A stretch of 64,000 bases of DNA from Nannocystis bainbridge (GTDB lineage Bacteria; Myxococcota_A; Polyangia; Nannocystales; Nannocystaceae), in assembly GCF_028368995.1 (NCBI RefSeq), contig NZ_JAQNDL010000001.1, positions 704,001-768,000 on the forward strand, given 5' to 3'. The position numbers were made by a program, and so were the translations under genes. Positions 18,131-27,170 of this stretch are shown here, in pieces (the stretch's first letter is position 1; each line of letters opens with the position of its first letter). The notes below the pieces were generated by a model. That model searched no databases and was not told where the DNA came from. It was given only the letters and a program-made list of their open reading frames with translations.

Positions 18131-19345
18131 TCAGCCCTTCGTCCGCCGCACCAGCGCCTCCGCGGCCGCCAGGCGCTGCTCCGCGTGGTCGATGTCCCCC
18201 GCGATCGCCCCGCCGCAGCCCGGGCACGTCGTCGCTTCGCGCGTCAGCAGCGCCCGGCACTCCGGCTCCGAGCAGCACGGGCGTCGCCGTCGGCCGAGCA
18301 GACGCACCACCAGGATCATCACCACGATCACTGCCACGATCCACCCCGGGTGGATCAGCGCCACGCCGATGCACGCCAGCAGCCCGACGAGCCCCATGGG
18401 CACCGCCAGCGCCGCGAGATCGGTCCGGCTGCGCCGCCACACCCGGAACACCGGGCGCCCCGCGTTCGACGGCTTGTCCGGCAGGGCCGGCGGCTCCTCC
18501 TGCTCGAGCTCGTCGTGCGTGTCGCCCAGCGCCCGCGTCAGCGTCGCCACGCTGTCGGGCGGCGGCCAGCGCTCGCGCGGCGGCAGCCCCAGCTCGCTCG
18601 CCAGCGCCGGCCGCTCGCGCTCCAGCCAGCGCAGGGCCGCGCGGAAGTAGCTGGCCTGATTGGTCTCGAGGCAGGCCAGCACCACCTCGCGGCCGGCCTC
18701 GCGCACCTTCACCTGCGCCGCCAGGGCGAAGCACAGCTCCTGCGGCGTCAGGTAGCCGATCCGCTGCACCGACCAGCTCGAGCGGAACGTGCCGTCGAAG
18801 ACCTGCTGCGAGCGGTGGCGCAGCGCCGCGTTGGCGCTCAGCACCCCGAACCCGAGGAACACCGCCGTCAGATCGGTCAGCTCCTCCTCCTCGTCGCGGT
18901 CGTCGACGCACAGCGCGTGGTGCGAGCGGAACGCGTGCGCCACCTCGTGGGCCAGCGTCGCCGTGATCCCGCCGGCGTCGTCGAGCAGCGTCAGGTCGGC
19001 GCCGAAGTGCGCCACCTCGCCCTCGATGCCCATGAACAGCCCCGCCGCGCCCTCGTGGTGCTGCGACGCCCCGATCAGTGTGGGCTCCTCGGGCGTCGGC
19101 GGTCGCCCCTCGTACAGCTCGACCTCCGCCCCCAGCTCGAGGTCCGCGTAGCGAAACAGCCGCCGGATCAGCCGCACCACCCCCGCCGCGGTGCGCGTGA
19201 AGCGGTCGGGGAAGAACTCCGGCCGCGGCAGCACGATCGGCGTGCACACGAAATGTTGCCAGTCGGCCCGCCGCAGCAGATCGGCCAGCTGCGCCAGCAG
19301 CCACGCCCGGCGCTCCTCCGCCGGCAAGGCGTCGAACTCGGACAC
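18131..19345 (-). CDS. hypothetical protein with HExxH zinc motif, two TM helices and C-terminal Cys zinc ribbon
   Basis: LAHEVAH, EELTDLTAVFLGFG, GYL; C-terminal CSEPEC...CPGC. GTG start at 19345 inferred. Confidence 0.7.
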   Translation of the reverse strand: MSEFDALPAEERRAWLLAQLADLLRRADWQHFVCTPIVLPRPEFFPDRFTRTAAGVVRLIRRLFRYADLELGAEVELYEGRPPTPEEPTLIGASQHHEGAAGLFMGIEGEVAHFGADLTLLDDAGGITATLAHEVAHAFRSHHALCVDDRDEEEELTDLTAVFLGFGVLSANAALRHRSQQVFDGTFRSSWSVQRIGYLTPQELCFALAAQVKVREAGREVVLACLETNQASYFRAALRWLERERPALASELGLPPRERWPPPDSVATLTRALGDTHDELEQEEPPALPDKPSNAGRPVFRVWRRSRTDLAALAVPMGLVGLLACIGVALIHPGWIVAVIVVMILVVRLLGRRRRPCCSEPECRALLTREATTCPGCGGAIAGDIDHAEQRLAAAEALVRRTKG

Positions 19346-19620
19346 GCCCGTCAATGTAGCGAGCGCCGCCGCCCCCTGTCCACCGCCCCGAGTTTCACGC
19401 GGCGTACAAAAACTCGAGCCGCGCGGCGTGAGCCACCCGCCCCCCGTCGTCCGCGGCCCTGCGCGCCCCGTGAGCCCGCGACGCGGCGCCCAGCGCCCCC
19501 CGCTCGCGGCGTCAGCGATCGGCCCCAGGACCGCGGAGCGGCGCGGATGCACCCGCGCGTGCGGCCCAGCGCACGTCCCCTGCGGCCCCCGCGGCGCGTC
19601 ACCTCGCCTATCATCCTCGC

Positions 19621-20838
19621 GTGTCCACGCCGGGCTTGCTCGCCAACCGGGGTTTCCGGCGCCTGTGGCTGGCCCAGGCCGTGTCGCTGTTCGGCGACTG
19701 GTTCACCTACGTCGCCGTCGGCACCCTCGCCCTGTCCGAAAGCACAGGTCTCGCCGGCGTCGCCGCCGTGCTGGTCGCCCACACCTTGCCGCGGGCCGTG
19801 CTCGCCCCGTTCGCCGGTCGCCTCGCCGATCGGCGTGATCGCGGCGTCATCCTCGTCGTCGGCAGCCTGCTGCGGGCCCTCGTCGTCCTCCTCATGATCG
19901 CCGTCGTCGGCAGCGGCGACGCCGGCACCGTCGCCCTCGCCGGCCTCGTGTTCCTGCGCATGGCCCTGTCGGCCTTCACCGATCCGGCCGCCAGCGCCGC
20001 GCTGCCGCAGCTCGTCCCGGCCCACCAGCTCGGGTCCGCCAACGCCCTGCTCGGCGCCACCTGGAGCACCCTCTTCTCGCTCGGCGTCGCCGCGGGCGGC
20101 TTCGTCACCGCCTTTGTCGGCCCGCGCGGCGCCCTCGCGATCGACGCCGCCACCTTCTTGCTCGCCGCCCTGCTGTTCGCCACCCTCCCGCGCCTGCGCC
20201 CCGGCGAGCCGATCGCCAGCGAGGCCTCCGCCTCCGCGATCGACTCGCCCGACTTCCTCGCCGCCTGGCGCCGCACCTGGCGCGACCCGGCCCTGCTGCA
20301 AGCCGCCCTCGCCAAGATGCCCGTCGCCCTCGCCAACGGCGGCGGATGGTTCCTGCTGCACGCCTATGCCGGCCTGCAGGGCGTCGGGGCCGTCGCCGTC
20401 ACTCTCGGCGTCATGCACGGCGTGCGCGGCCTCGGCACCGGCCTCGGCCCGCTGCTGTGGGCCCGCGTCGAGCGGCTGCGCGGCACCGTGCCCGGCATCC
20501 ACCTCGGCACCGCCGTCACCCTCGCTGGCGTGGCCCTGTTCGCCGCCTTCGACCTGCCCGCCGTGCTCGTCGTCGCCTCGATCCTGTGGGGCCTCGGCAT
20601 GGGCGCCACGTGGGTCACCTCGACCACTCGCCTGCAGCTGCTCACGCCCAACGCCCTGCTCGGCCGCCTCGCCGCCATCGACCTCATGGCCCACACCTGC
20701 GCCCAGTGCCTCGGCGGCCTGCTCGGGGCGCTCGTCGCCGACGCCCTGCTGTTCCCCGCCGCCGCCGGCTGGCTCGGCGCCGCCGGCGGCCTGCTCGCCT
20801 GGGGCCTGCTCGTCCTGCTGGTCCGCTCGCGCGCGTGA
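19621..20838 (+). CDS. MFS transporter (H+ antiporter/macrolide efflux-like)
   Basis: NRGFRRLWLAQAVSLFGDW, AGRLADR, PAASAALPQLV..QL.SAN, about 12 TM helices. Confidence 0.9.
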   Translation: MSTPGLLANRGFRRLWLAQAVSLFGDWFTYVAVGTLALSESTGLAGVAAVLVAHTLPRAVLAPFAGRLADRRDRGVILVVGSLLRALVVLLMIAVVGSGDAGTVALAGLVFLRMALSAFTDPAASAALPQLVPAHQLGSANALLGATWSTLFSLGVAAGGFVTAFVGPRGALAIDAATFLLAALLFATLPRLRPGEPIASEASASAIDSPDFLAAWRRTWRDPALLQAALAKMPVALANGGGWFLLHAYAGLQGVGAVAVTLGVMHGVRGLGTGLGPLLWARVERLRGTVPGIHLGTAVTLAGVALFAAFDLPAVLVVASILWGLGMGATWVTSTTRLQLLTPNALLGRLAAIDLMAHTCAQCLGGLLGALVADALLFPAAAGWLGAAGGLLAWGLLVLLVRSRA

Positions 20839-20849
20839 GCGACCTGTCA

Positions 20850-20873
20850 CGGCATGTCCCACGGGACATGTCG
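20850..20873. repeat. 14-bp-phased CATG palindrome array (2 units)
   Basis: CATG at 20853 and 20867, behind the MFS stop. Confidence 0.7.
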
Positions 20874-20912
20874 CCTCAGGCTCGCGTCACACCATGACCA
20901 GGACGAACAGGC

Positions 20913-21024
20913 GCCTGTCCCATGAGACAGCCTCGGTTCACGTGCTCAGGATGGACAACAGCCTGTCCCATGAGACAGATTTTGCATGTCCTAGCGACGA
21001 ACACGCGCCTGTCCCATGAGACAG
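20913..21024. repeat. three copies of near-palindromic 18-mer GCCTGTCCCATGAGACAG
   Basis: Exact copies at 20913-20930, 20961-20978 and 21007-21024. Confidence 0.9.
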
Positions 21025-21039
21025 ATTCCGTTCACGTGC

Positions 21040-21859
21040 TCACGGAAGACCCCGCGCCTCGGCGATCGCGGCCCGCTCCCACGCGGCCGAGCGCGACCTC
21101 CCCTCCGCCTCGAAGAACGCCTCGATCTCCCGGACCGGGCCGTTGCGCGCCCCCGAGCGCGCGTCCTCGTAGGGCAGCGGATGCGCCCACAGGCCCGGCT
21201 CCGGCCCGAACGCATCCATCACAAGGACGCCCTCCGCGATCCGTGCCCCCCCCGACACACGCTCCGCGATCGGGACACGCTCGCCGCTGACGATGTCGAC
21301 CAGCGCGAAATCTCGCAACTCGAGCACCGGCCAACCGGGCCCGCTGCTCGGGGGCGCCATCACCTCGCGCGTGGAATTACCTCGAAAAACTTCGTCTCGT
21401 TGAGACGAAACGACGCCATCCCCACGCCCGTCAGCAGCCGCTCCCTCTCGCCGCTGGCGAGATCGACCCGCCAAAAGCTGCCTATGCCGGCTTGGTCCTG
21501 GCCGGGCAACCAGTACACCACCCGATCGCCATCGAGTTCGCGCAGGGAGAGCCCATCATTGCGCGACGTGTGCCGGTAGAAATCACGGACCTCGCCGGTC
21601 CGCGGATCCCAGAATGCCTCCACCTCGCCGGCGTCGCTCGCTCGCAAGATCCGGAACTGATCTTCAAACCAACCGCGTTGCTCGAGGTGCTCCGGCACCG
21701 CGATCGCAGCGCCCGTATCGAGCCGTGCGGCGGCCACGTAACGGTTGTCGGGGCCGACCATGGCCGCCCGTCGCGGCCCGTATGGGCTACGGACGGCGAG
21801 TTCAGTGAGCCTTCCATGTCCCAGGTCGCGCTCGTTTTCGTCCTGTCGTCGCGGACCAT
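21040..21859 (-). pseudogene. probable frameshifted remnant of a beta-propeller-like protein
   Basis: Overlapping protein-like segments in different frames (…AFWDPRTGEVR…FWRVDLASGERERL…; …LVDIVSGERVPIAERV…); composition less GC-biased than neighbours. Confidence 0.4.
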
Positions 21860-21866
21860 AAATTCA

Positions 21867-22784
21867 TCAATCCGCCGCGGGCCCGGCGAACTCCACCATC
21901 CCCACGCTGCCGACCCGCAGCCCCGCGCTCGCCCCCTCGTGCAGCCGCGCCTCCGCGAACAGCAGCCGCGTCCCCGCATCGATCTCGGGCGCGATCGCCA
22001 TCACTTCGCCCTCCACCGTCCGCCCCTCCTCGACGAACGCCACCTTCACCGCCGCGCCCAATCGCAGCCCCGCGCTGCGCGCCTCGGGCACCGCGAATCG
22101 CACCCGCCGCGCGTCCGAGATCAGCTGCACCACCGCCCGGCCCGGCTCGACCGTCGCGCCTGCGTCCACGTGGCGTCGCGCGACCTCCCCGGCGAACGGC
22201 GCCCGCAGCTGCGCCTCGACGATCCTCGCCGACGCGTCCTCCACCGTGCTGCGCTGCCGCTGCAGCGACGCGCTGGCGCTGCGCTTGCGGGCCGCCGCCA
22301 GCTTCTCGGCGTAGCGGTGCTCGCGGACCTCCGCCCCCGAGACCACCCCCTCCAGCTGCTCGGTGTCCGCGCGCAGCTCCCTCGCCCGCTGCAGCTCGAG
22401 CTCCAGTCGCTCGAGCTCGGCCTTGCTCGCAGCCCACGCCGCCGTCGCCCCTGCCAGCTCGTGGCGCTCCTCGCGGACATCGAGCGCCGCGATCACCTCG
22501 CCCGCGTTCACGTGGTCGCCGACCTGCACCTCGATGCGATCGATCCGCGAGAATTCCGGCGCCGTCAGCACCACCTCCGCCTCGGGCACCAGCACCCCGA
22601 TCATCGGCTCCGAAGCAATGACGGCAGCCGCGACCGCCGCCTCGTCCGCGCGCACCGCAGCGGGCTGTGGTGATTCGCCGGGGCCGTCCTCGTGGGAATC
22701 ACAAGCCACCGCGAAGCACCACAATCCCCACGCCGCGATCGCTGCGTGACGACGTCCTGCTGCCCTCATTACCGCGCGCCTCAT
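21867..22784 (-). CDS. efflux RND-type periplasmic adaptor (membrane fusion protein), lipoprotein
   Basis: FAVAC lipobox, VQVGDHVNAGEVIAALD, coiled coil, LRAPFAGEV, IAPEIDAGTR; ATGA overlap with the ABC gene. Confidence 0.85.
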   Translation of the reverse strand: MRRAVMRAAGRRHAAIAAWGLWCFAVACDSHEDGPGESPQPAAVRADEAAVAAAVIASEPMIGVLVPEAEVVLTAPEFSRIDRIEVQVGDHVNAGEVIAALDVREERHELAGATAAWAASKAELERLELELQRARELRADTEQLEGVVSGAEVREHRYAEKLAAARKRSASASLQRQRSTVEDASARIVEAQLRAPFAGEVARRHVDAGATVEPGRAVVQLISDARRVRFAVPEARSAGLRLGAAVKVAFVEEGRTVEGEVMAIAPEIDAGTRLLFAEARLHEGASAGLRVGSVGMVEFAGPAAD

Positions 22785-24988
22785 GACTCCTCCCTCTCAT
22801 AAAGCCGGCGGTACGCGCCGCCGTGGCTCATCAACTGGCGGTGCGTCCCCGACTCGACGATCCGTCCGCCGTCCATCACAAGGATCAGGTCCGCGTCGAC
22901 CACCGTCGACAGCCGATGCGCGATCACCACGCGGGTGCAGCGCAGCGACGCCAGCGAGCGCTGAATCGCCGCCTCGGTCACCGTATCGAGGTTGCTGGTC
23001 GCCTCGTCGAGCAGCAGCATCGCCGGCGCGCCGACCAGCGCGCGCGCCAGCACCAGTCGCTGGCGCTGGCCGCCCGACAGCGACGCCCCGCGGTCGGCCA
23101 GGATCGTGTCGTAGCCCATCGGCAGGGCCGCGATCTCGTCGTGGATCGCCGCCCGCCTGGCCGCGTCGATCACCTCGTCGAGGCTGATCTCGGGCCGCCC
23201 GAGCGCGATGTTCTCGCGCACCGACACCCCGAACAGGTCGCCGCGCTGCGTCACCACCCCGAGCTGCTCGCGGACGCTGCGCAGATCGAGCCCGGCGATG
23301 TCGAGGCCGTCGTAGAGCACCCGCCCGCCCTGCGGCGCATAAAGGCCGACCAGCAGCTTGGCCAGGGTCGACTTGCCTGCTCCCGACGCGCCGACCACCG
23401 CCACGAACTGGCCCGGCTCGACCCGCACCGACACCTCGCGGACCGCCGGCGGCACCGACTCCGAGTAGCGGAACGTCACCGCCTCGGCCTGGATCCGCCC
23501 CGACAGCCGCGGCGCCCGCTGGACCCGCGACGCGTCCTGCTCGGGCTCGGTCTGCATCACGTCTTCGATGCGCTCGAGGTAGCTGCCCAGCACCTGGAAC
23601 TTGACCGCGACGCCGACCAGCGTGGTCATCGGCCGCAAGAACCCCGAGCCCAGCGCCGACAGCCCGAGCATCGCCCCGAGCCCGAGCTCTCCGTCCAGCA
23701 CCAGCTTGGTGCCCACGCCCAGGATCACCAGCGGCGCCGCCATCGCGAACGCGTCGAGCAGCGAGCCGATGGTCGCGTCGAGGCGACCGCGCCGCAGCGA
23801 CACGTTGAGCGAGTCGACGAACAGGTTGGACCAGCGATCGACCGCCCGGTACTCGGCGCCCATGCTCTTGAGCGTCTCGATGCCGGTGAGCATCTCGACC
23901 TCGTAGCTCGAGGTCCGCGCCTGCACCGCCAGGCCCTCGGTCATCAGGTCGCGCTGGACCCGGCGCGTCGCAGCGTACAGCGCCAGCTGCAGCGACGCGA
24001 GCACCAGCACCACCGCGCCCATCAGCGGGCTGACCCAGAAGATCAGCACCAGGTACACGCTGACCAGCGTGCCGTCGAGCAGGGCCGACATGGCCCCCGA
24101 CGTGAGGATCTCGCGGACGGTGGCGTTGCTGCCGAGCCGCATCAACAGGTCGCCGGCCGACCGCTTGTGAAAGAACGAGTACGGCAGGTCGATCAGGTGA
24201 TCGAGGAAGCCGATCGTCATGTCAGCGTCGAGCAGCGTGCGCAGCTGCACCAGCAGGTTGGCGCGCACCAGCGAGCTGACGAAGGTGAAGAGCACCATCA
24301 TCGCCAGCCCGGCGACCAGCACCCCGAGCAGGTCTGTGTCGTGGCGCGGGAGGATGCGGTCGACCAGCAGCGTGGTCATCAGCGGCAGCGCCAGCGCCAG
24401 CAGCTGCACCAGCACCGACATCAGCAGCGCGCGGCTCCACAGCGCGGGGTAGGCCAGGATCCGGCCGAAGTAACGGCGCACCAGCGGCTGCTGGCGACCG
24501 CCGGCCGCGAACGCCTCGCCGGGCTCGAGCAGCAGCGCCACCCCGGTGAACGCCTGCTCGAACTCGGCCCGCGACACCCGACGCCGCCCGTGCGCCGGAT
24601 CGAGGATCACCGGACCGCGGCGATCGACCCGTTCGAACACCACGAAGTGGTTGAACTCCCAGTGGAGGATCGCGCCGGCCTGCAGCATCTCGAGCTCGTC
24701 GAGGTCGTCGATGCGCACGCCGCGGCCGCGCAGCCCGTAGCCGCGAGCGGCCCGCAGGATGCCGAGCGCGCTGACGCCGTTGTGGTCGACCCCCATCGCG
24801 TCGCGCAGCTCGTCGAGCGGGTGGGCCCGGCCGTGATAACGCAGCACCATGCTCAGGCAGGCCGCGCCGCAGTCGGTCGCGGTCATCTGCTGCACGTGCT
24901 CGAGCCGACGCGGCTGCCCGATCGCCCCCAGACGCTGCAGGGCAGGGAAGCGCCGCGACAGCGCACGATCTCGTTCGGTAGTTGGCAT
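22781..24988 (-). CDS. peptidase C39-containing ABC transporter (PCAT)
   Basis: QQMTATDCGAACL, ILHWEFNHFVV, ILDPAHG; TM domain; GASGAGKST, LSGGQRQR, LLLDEATS, IAHRLST. Confidence 0.95.
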   Translation of the reverse strand: MPTTERDRALSRRFPALQRLGAIGQPRRLEHVQQMTATDCGAACLSMVLRYHGRAHPLDELRDAMGVDHNGVSALGILRAARGYGLRGRGVRIDDLDELEMLQAGAILHWEFNHFVVFERVDRRGPVILDPAHGRRRVSRAEFEQAFTGVALLLEPGEAFAAGGRQQPLVRRYFGRILAYPALWSRALLMSVLVQLLALALPLMTTLLVDRILPRHDTDLLGVLVAGLAMMVLFTFVSSLVRANLLVQLRTLLDADMTIGFLDHLIDLPYSFFHKRSAGDLLMRLGSNATVREILTSGAMSALLDGTLVSVYLVLIFWVSPLMGAVVLVLASLQLALYAATRRVQRDLMTEGLAVQARTSSYEVEMLTGIETLKSMGAEYRAVDRWSNLFVDSLNVSLRRGRLDATIGSLLDAFAMAAPLVILGVGTKLVLDGELGLGAMLGLSALGSGFLRPMTTLVGVAVKFQVLGSYLERIEDVMQTEPEQDASRVQRAPRLSGRIQAEAVTFRYSESVPPAVREVSVRVEPGQFVAVVGASGAGKSTLAKLLVGLYAPQGGRVLYDGLDIAGLDLRSVREQLGVVTQRGDLFGVSVRENIALGRPEISLDEVIDAARRAAIHDEIAALPMGYDTILADRGASLSGGQRQRLVLARALVGAPAMLLLDEATSNLDTVTEAAIQRSLASLRCTRVVIAHRLSTVVDADLILVMDGGRIVESGTHRQLMSHGGAYRRLYEREES

Positions 24989-24994
24989 GACGAC

Positions 24995-25960
24995 CTACAG
25001 GCGTTTGAGCGCCGGGATGAGGGCCTCGAGCACGGTCTCGGAGCGCAGGCGGGCCTCGAGCACGCCCTGCATGCCGTCGTAGACCCGGTACTCGGTGTCG
25101 TCGGCGACGAAGGTGTCCGCCGGCAGCTCGGTCTCCACCACCACCACCGGGCCCGCCAGCGCGATCGCACCTTCACGATCGCGCCCGAGGTAGCGCATCG
25201 CCTCGGCGGGGCCGACCACCTCGTCGGCCACCACGCGCAGCGCCACCTCGTGCCGGCTGTCCGGGAACCCCTCGAGCTCGAGGAACAACCGGCTGTCCCC
25301 CGCGCGCAGCAGCGGCCGGTAGTGCCCGGGGAACAGCCCGAACACGACCGTGCGCGCCGTGTCCTGCTCGACCGCCACCACCGCGTCGCCCGGCGCCACC
25401 GGCTGCCCCGGCCGCACGCGCACGTCCGACACCCTGCCCGGCTGCGGCGCGACGATCTGCCGCTCGCGCACCCGCGCCTGCGCCAATTGCAGCTGCGCCT
25501 TCAGGATCGCCAGCCGCTCGCGCCTGGCGTCGTCGGCCGGCGCGCGCAGCAGCTCGACGAGTCGCTGGCGGTACTCCTGCTCCACGCGCGCCAGCTCGGC
25601 CCGCGGCGCGGCGTCGTCGAGCTGGACCAGCACCTGCCCGGTAGCGACGCGCTGACCAGTGCTCACCGCGATGTGCTGCACGGTGCCGGGCACGTCCGAG
25701 GTGACCGCCACGCGGCCCTCGCGGCGCACCACCGCGACGCCCTGCGCGTACTCGCCGATGCTCGCGCTGGTGGCGAACGCGACGCTCGCGACCAGCAGCG
25801 CCAGCGTCACGCCGACGGCCCAGCGCGTCCACGTCGCCACGATGTGCAGCGGGCGGCCCGGTCCCGCGCCGCGGCGGTGCGCCTGCACGGCCGCCTCGCG
25901 GAAGATGGCCCGCCGCGCCCCCGGCGAAGCGCTGCTCGGCTCGTCGAACGACTCGGTCAT
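24995..25960 (-). CDS. HlyD family secretion adaptor
   Basis: N-terminal IFREAAV motif, TM helix, VSTGQRVATGQVLVQLD, IVAPQPGRV, YDGMQG. Confidence 0.85.
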   Translation of the reverse strand: MTESFDEPSSASPGARRAIFREAAVQAHRRGAGPGRPLHIVATWTRWAVGVTLALLVASVAFATSASIGEYAQGVAVVRREGRVAVTSDVPGTVQHIAVSTGQRVATGQVLVQLDDAAPRAELARVEQEYRQRLVELLRAPADDARRERLAILKAQLQLAQARVRERQIVAPQPGRVSDVRVRPGQPVAPGDAVVAVEQDTARTVVFGLFPGHYRPLLRAGDSRLFLELEGFPDSRHEVALRVVADEVVGPAEAMRYLGRDREGAIALAGPVVVVETELPADTFVADDTEYRVYDGMQGVLEARLRSETVLEALIPALKRL

Positions 25961-27153
25961 CGCACCCCCCGTTCCCCGATCACGTCGTGACGCGCCGGCT
26001 CCTCGCGGCGCACCACGACCAGCCCGTCGAGGACCTCGTGCCAGGCTGCGCGCTGAAATTCATGGTTGATGGGGCGAGCCTCGACGGAGCCCAGCGCCCG
26101 CAGCTCCGCCGCGTCGAGGTAGCGCAGCGCCTGCTCGGGCCCCAGCGCCCGGCCCTCGAGCGACGCGGGCGGCGCGACCGAGAGCTCCCGACCCGCGCGC
26201 CCGCGCGGCTGGGTGGCCCCCGACCAGGCGGAGAAGCCGATCGCCGCGGCCCGCTCGCCGTACTGCGCGTGCACGTACTGCCCGAGCGGCGAGAACCCGC
26301 GATAGGCCGCGATCGCCTCGAGATCCTTGGCCGCGTGCACGGTCGCGCACCACACGATCGTCTTGCCCGCGTCGCCCTGCCGCCGCCGATGCCACACGAA
26401 GTTGGCGAACATCGACCGGTCGCGTTCATTAAAACCATCGCGCCGATCGACGACAAAATCTCGCGCGACCCACCGCGCCAGGTTGCTCGCCATGACCAGG
26501 TCCTCGGCCGCTTTCGGCGACGGCGCCGCGCCGGCGATCGCCGCCTGGATGTCCGCGAGACATTTCACGAGCGCCGCCTGCGTCTCCGGCGAATGCGGGT
26601 GGTCCTCGTCGTAGGTCCACAGGTGATGCCGCGCGATCTGGGCCTCGCACGCGTCCTTGCGCCCCGGCGGCAGCCAGGCCGCCAGCACCGCCGGCAGCTC
26701 TCGCTGCGCATAATAAGCCGTGGAGTGGAGCTGGTCGTCGAGCCCGCGCAGCTTCAACCGGCCCGCCGCCGCCGCCGCGTGCATGAACCCGATCCACGGC
26801 TGCGTCTCGCGGGCCTCCGACCACACCGCGCCGATGGCGTTCGCCACGTCGCGCGCCGTCGCAGTGCCCGCGGCGTACTTGTGCTCGAGCGCGAGCATCT
26901 CGTAGATGTCGCTCTCGATGAACAGCGCCTCGAACCCGCACGAATCGACCAGCGCGCGCACCAGCGCGGTCTTGATCGCCCAGGTGCGACCGTCCCCGTG
27001 CTCGCTCTCGCCGAGCAGCACGACCTGCTTGTCGCAGACATCGGCGACCAGGCGCTCGAGCTCGCGCTGCTCCGCGCTCGCGCTCGCCGGCGCCGAGGCG
27101 GGCCCCGGCGCGCACGCGGCGAGGGCCAGAAACACGATCGTGGGCCGCTTCAT
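25957..27153 (-). CDS. erythromycin esterase (EreA/EreB) family lipoprotein
   Basis: MKRPTIVFLALAAC lipobox; VVLLGESEHG, GFEALFIES, RGLDDQ, RDRSMFANF.W, KTIVWCATVHAAK, PLG.YV, LDGLVVV. Confidence 0.85.
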   Translation of the reverse strand: MKRPTIVFLALAACAPGPASAPASASAEQRELERLVADVCDKQVVLLGESEHGDGRTWAIKTALVRALVDSCGFEALFIESDIYEMLALEHKYAAGTATARDVANAIGAVWSEARETQPWIGFMHAAAAAGRLKLRGLDDQLHSTAYYAQRELPAVLAAWLPPGRKDACEAQIARHHLWTYDEDHPHSPETQAALVKCLADIQAAIAGAAPSPKAAEDLVMASNLARWVARDFVVDRRDGFNERDRSMFANFVWHRRRQGDAGKTIVWCATVHAAKDLEAIAAYRGFSPLGQYVHAQYGERAAAIGFSAWSGATQPRGRAGRELSVAPPASLEGRALGPEQALRYLDAAELRALGSVEARPINHEFQRAAWHEVLDGLVVVRREEPARHDVIGERGVR

Positions 27154-27170
27154 GGTCGTCGCCTCGACCT

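Noticed and set aside
20913-21024. Mini-CRISPR array
   Set aside because: The repeat is only 18 bp, the flanks of units 1 and 3 are homologous (a duplication, not unique spacers), and there are no cas genes in the window.
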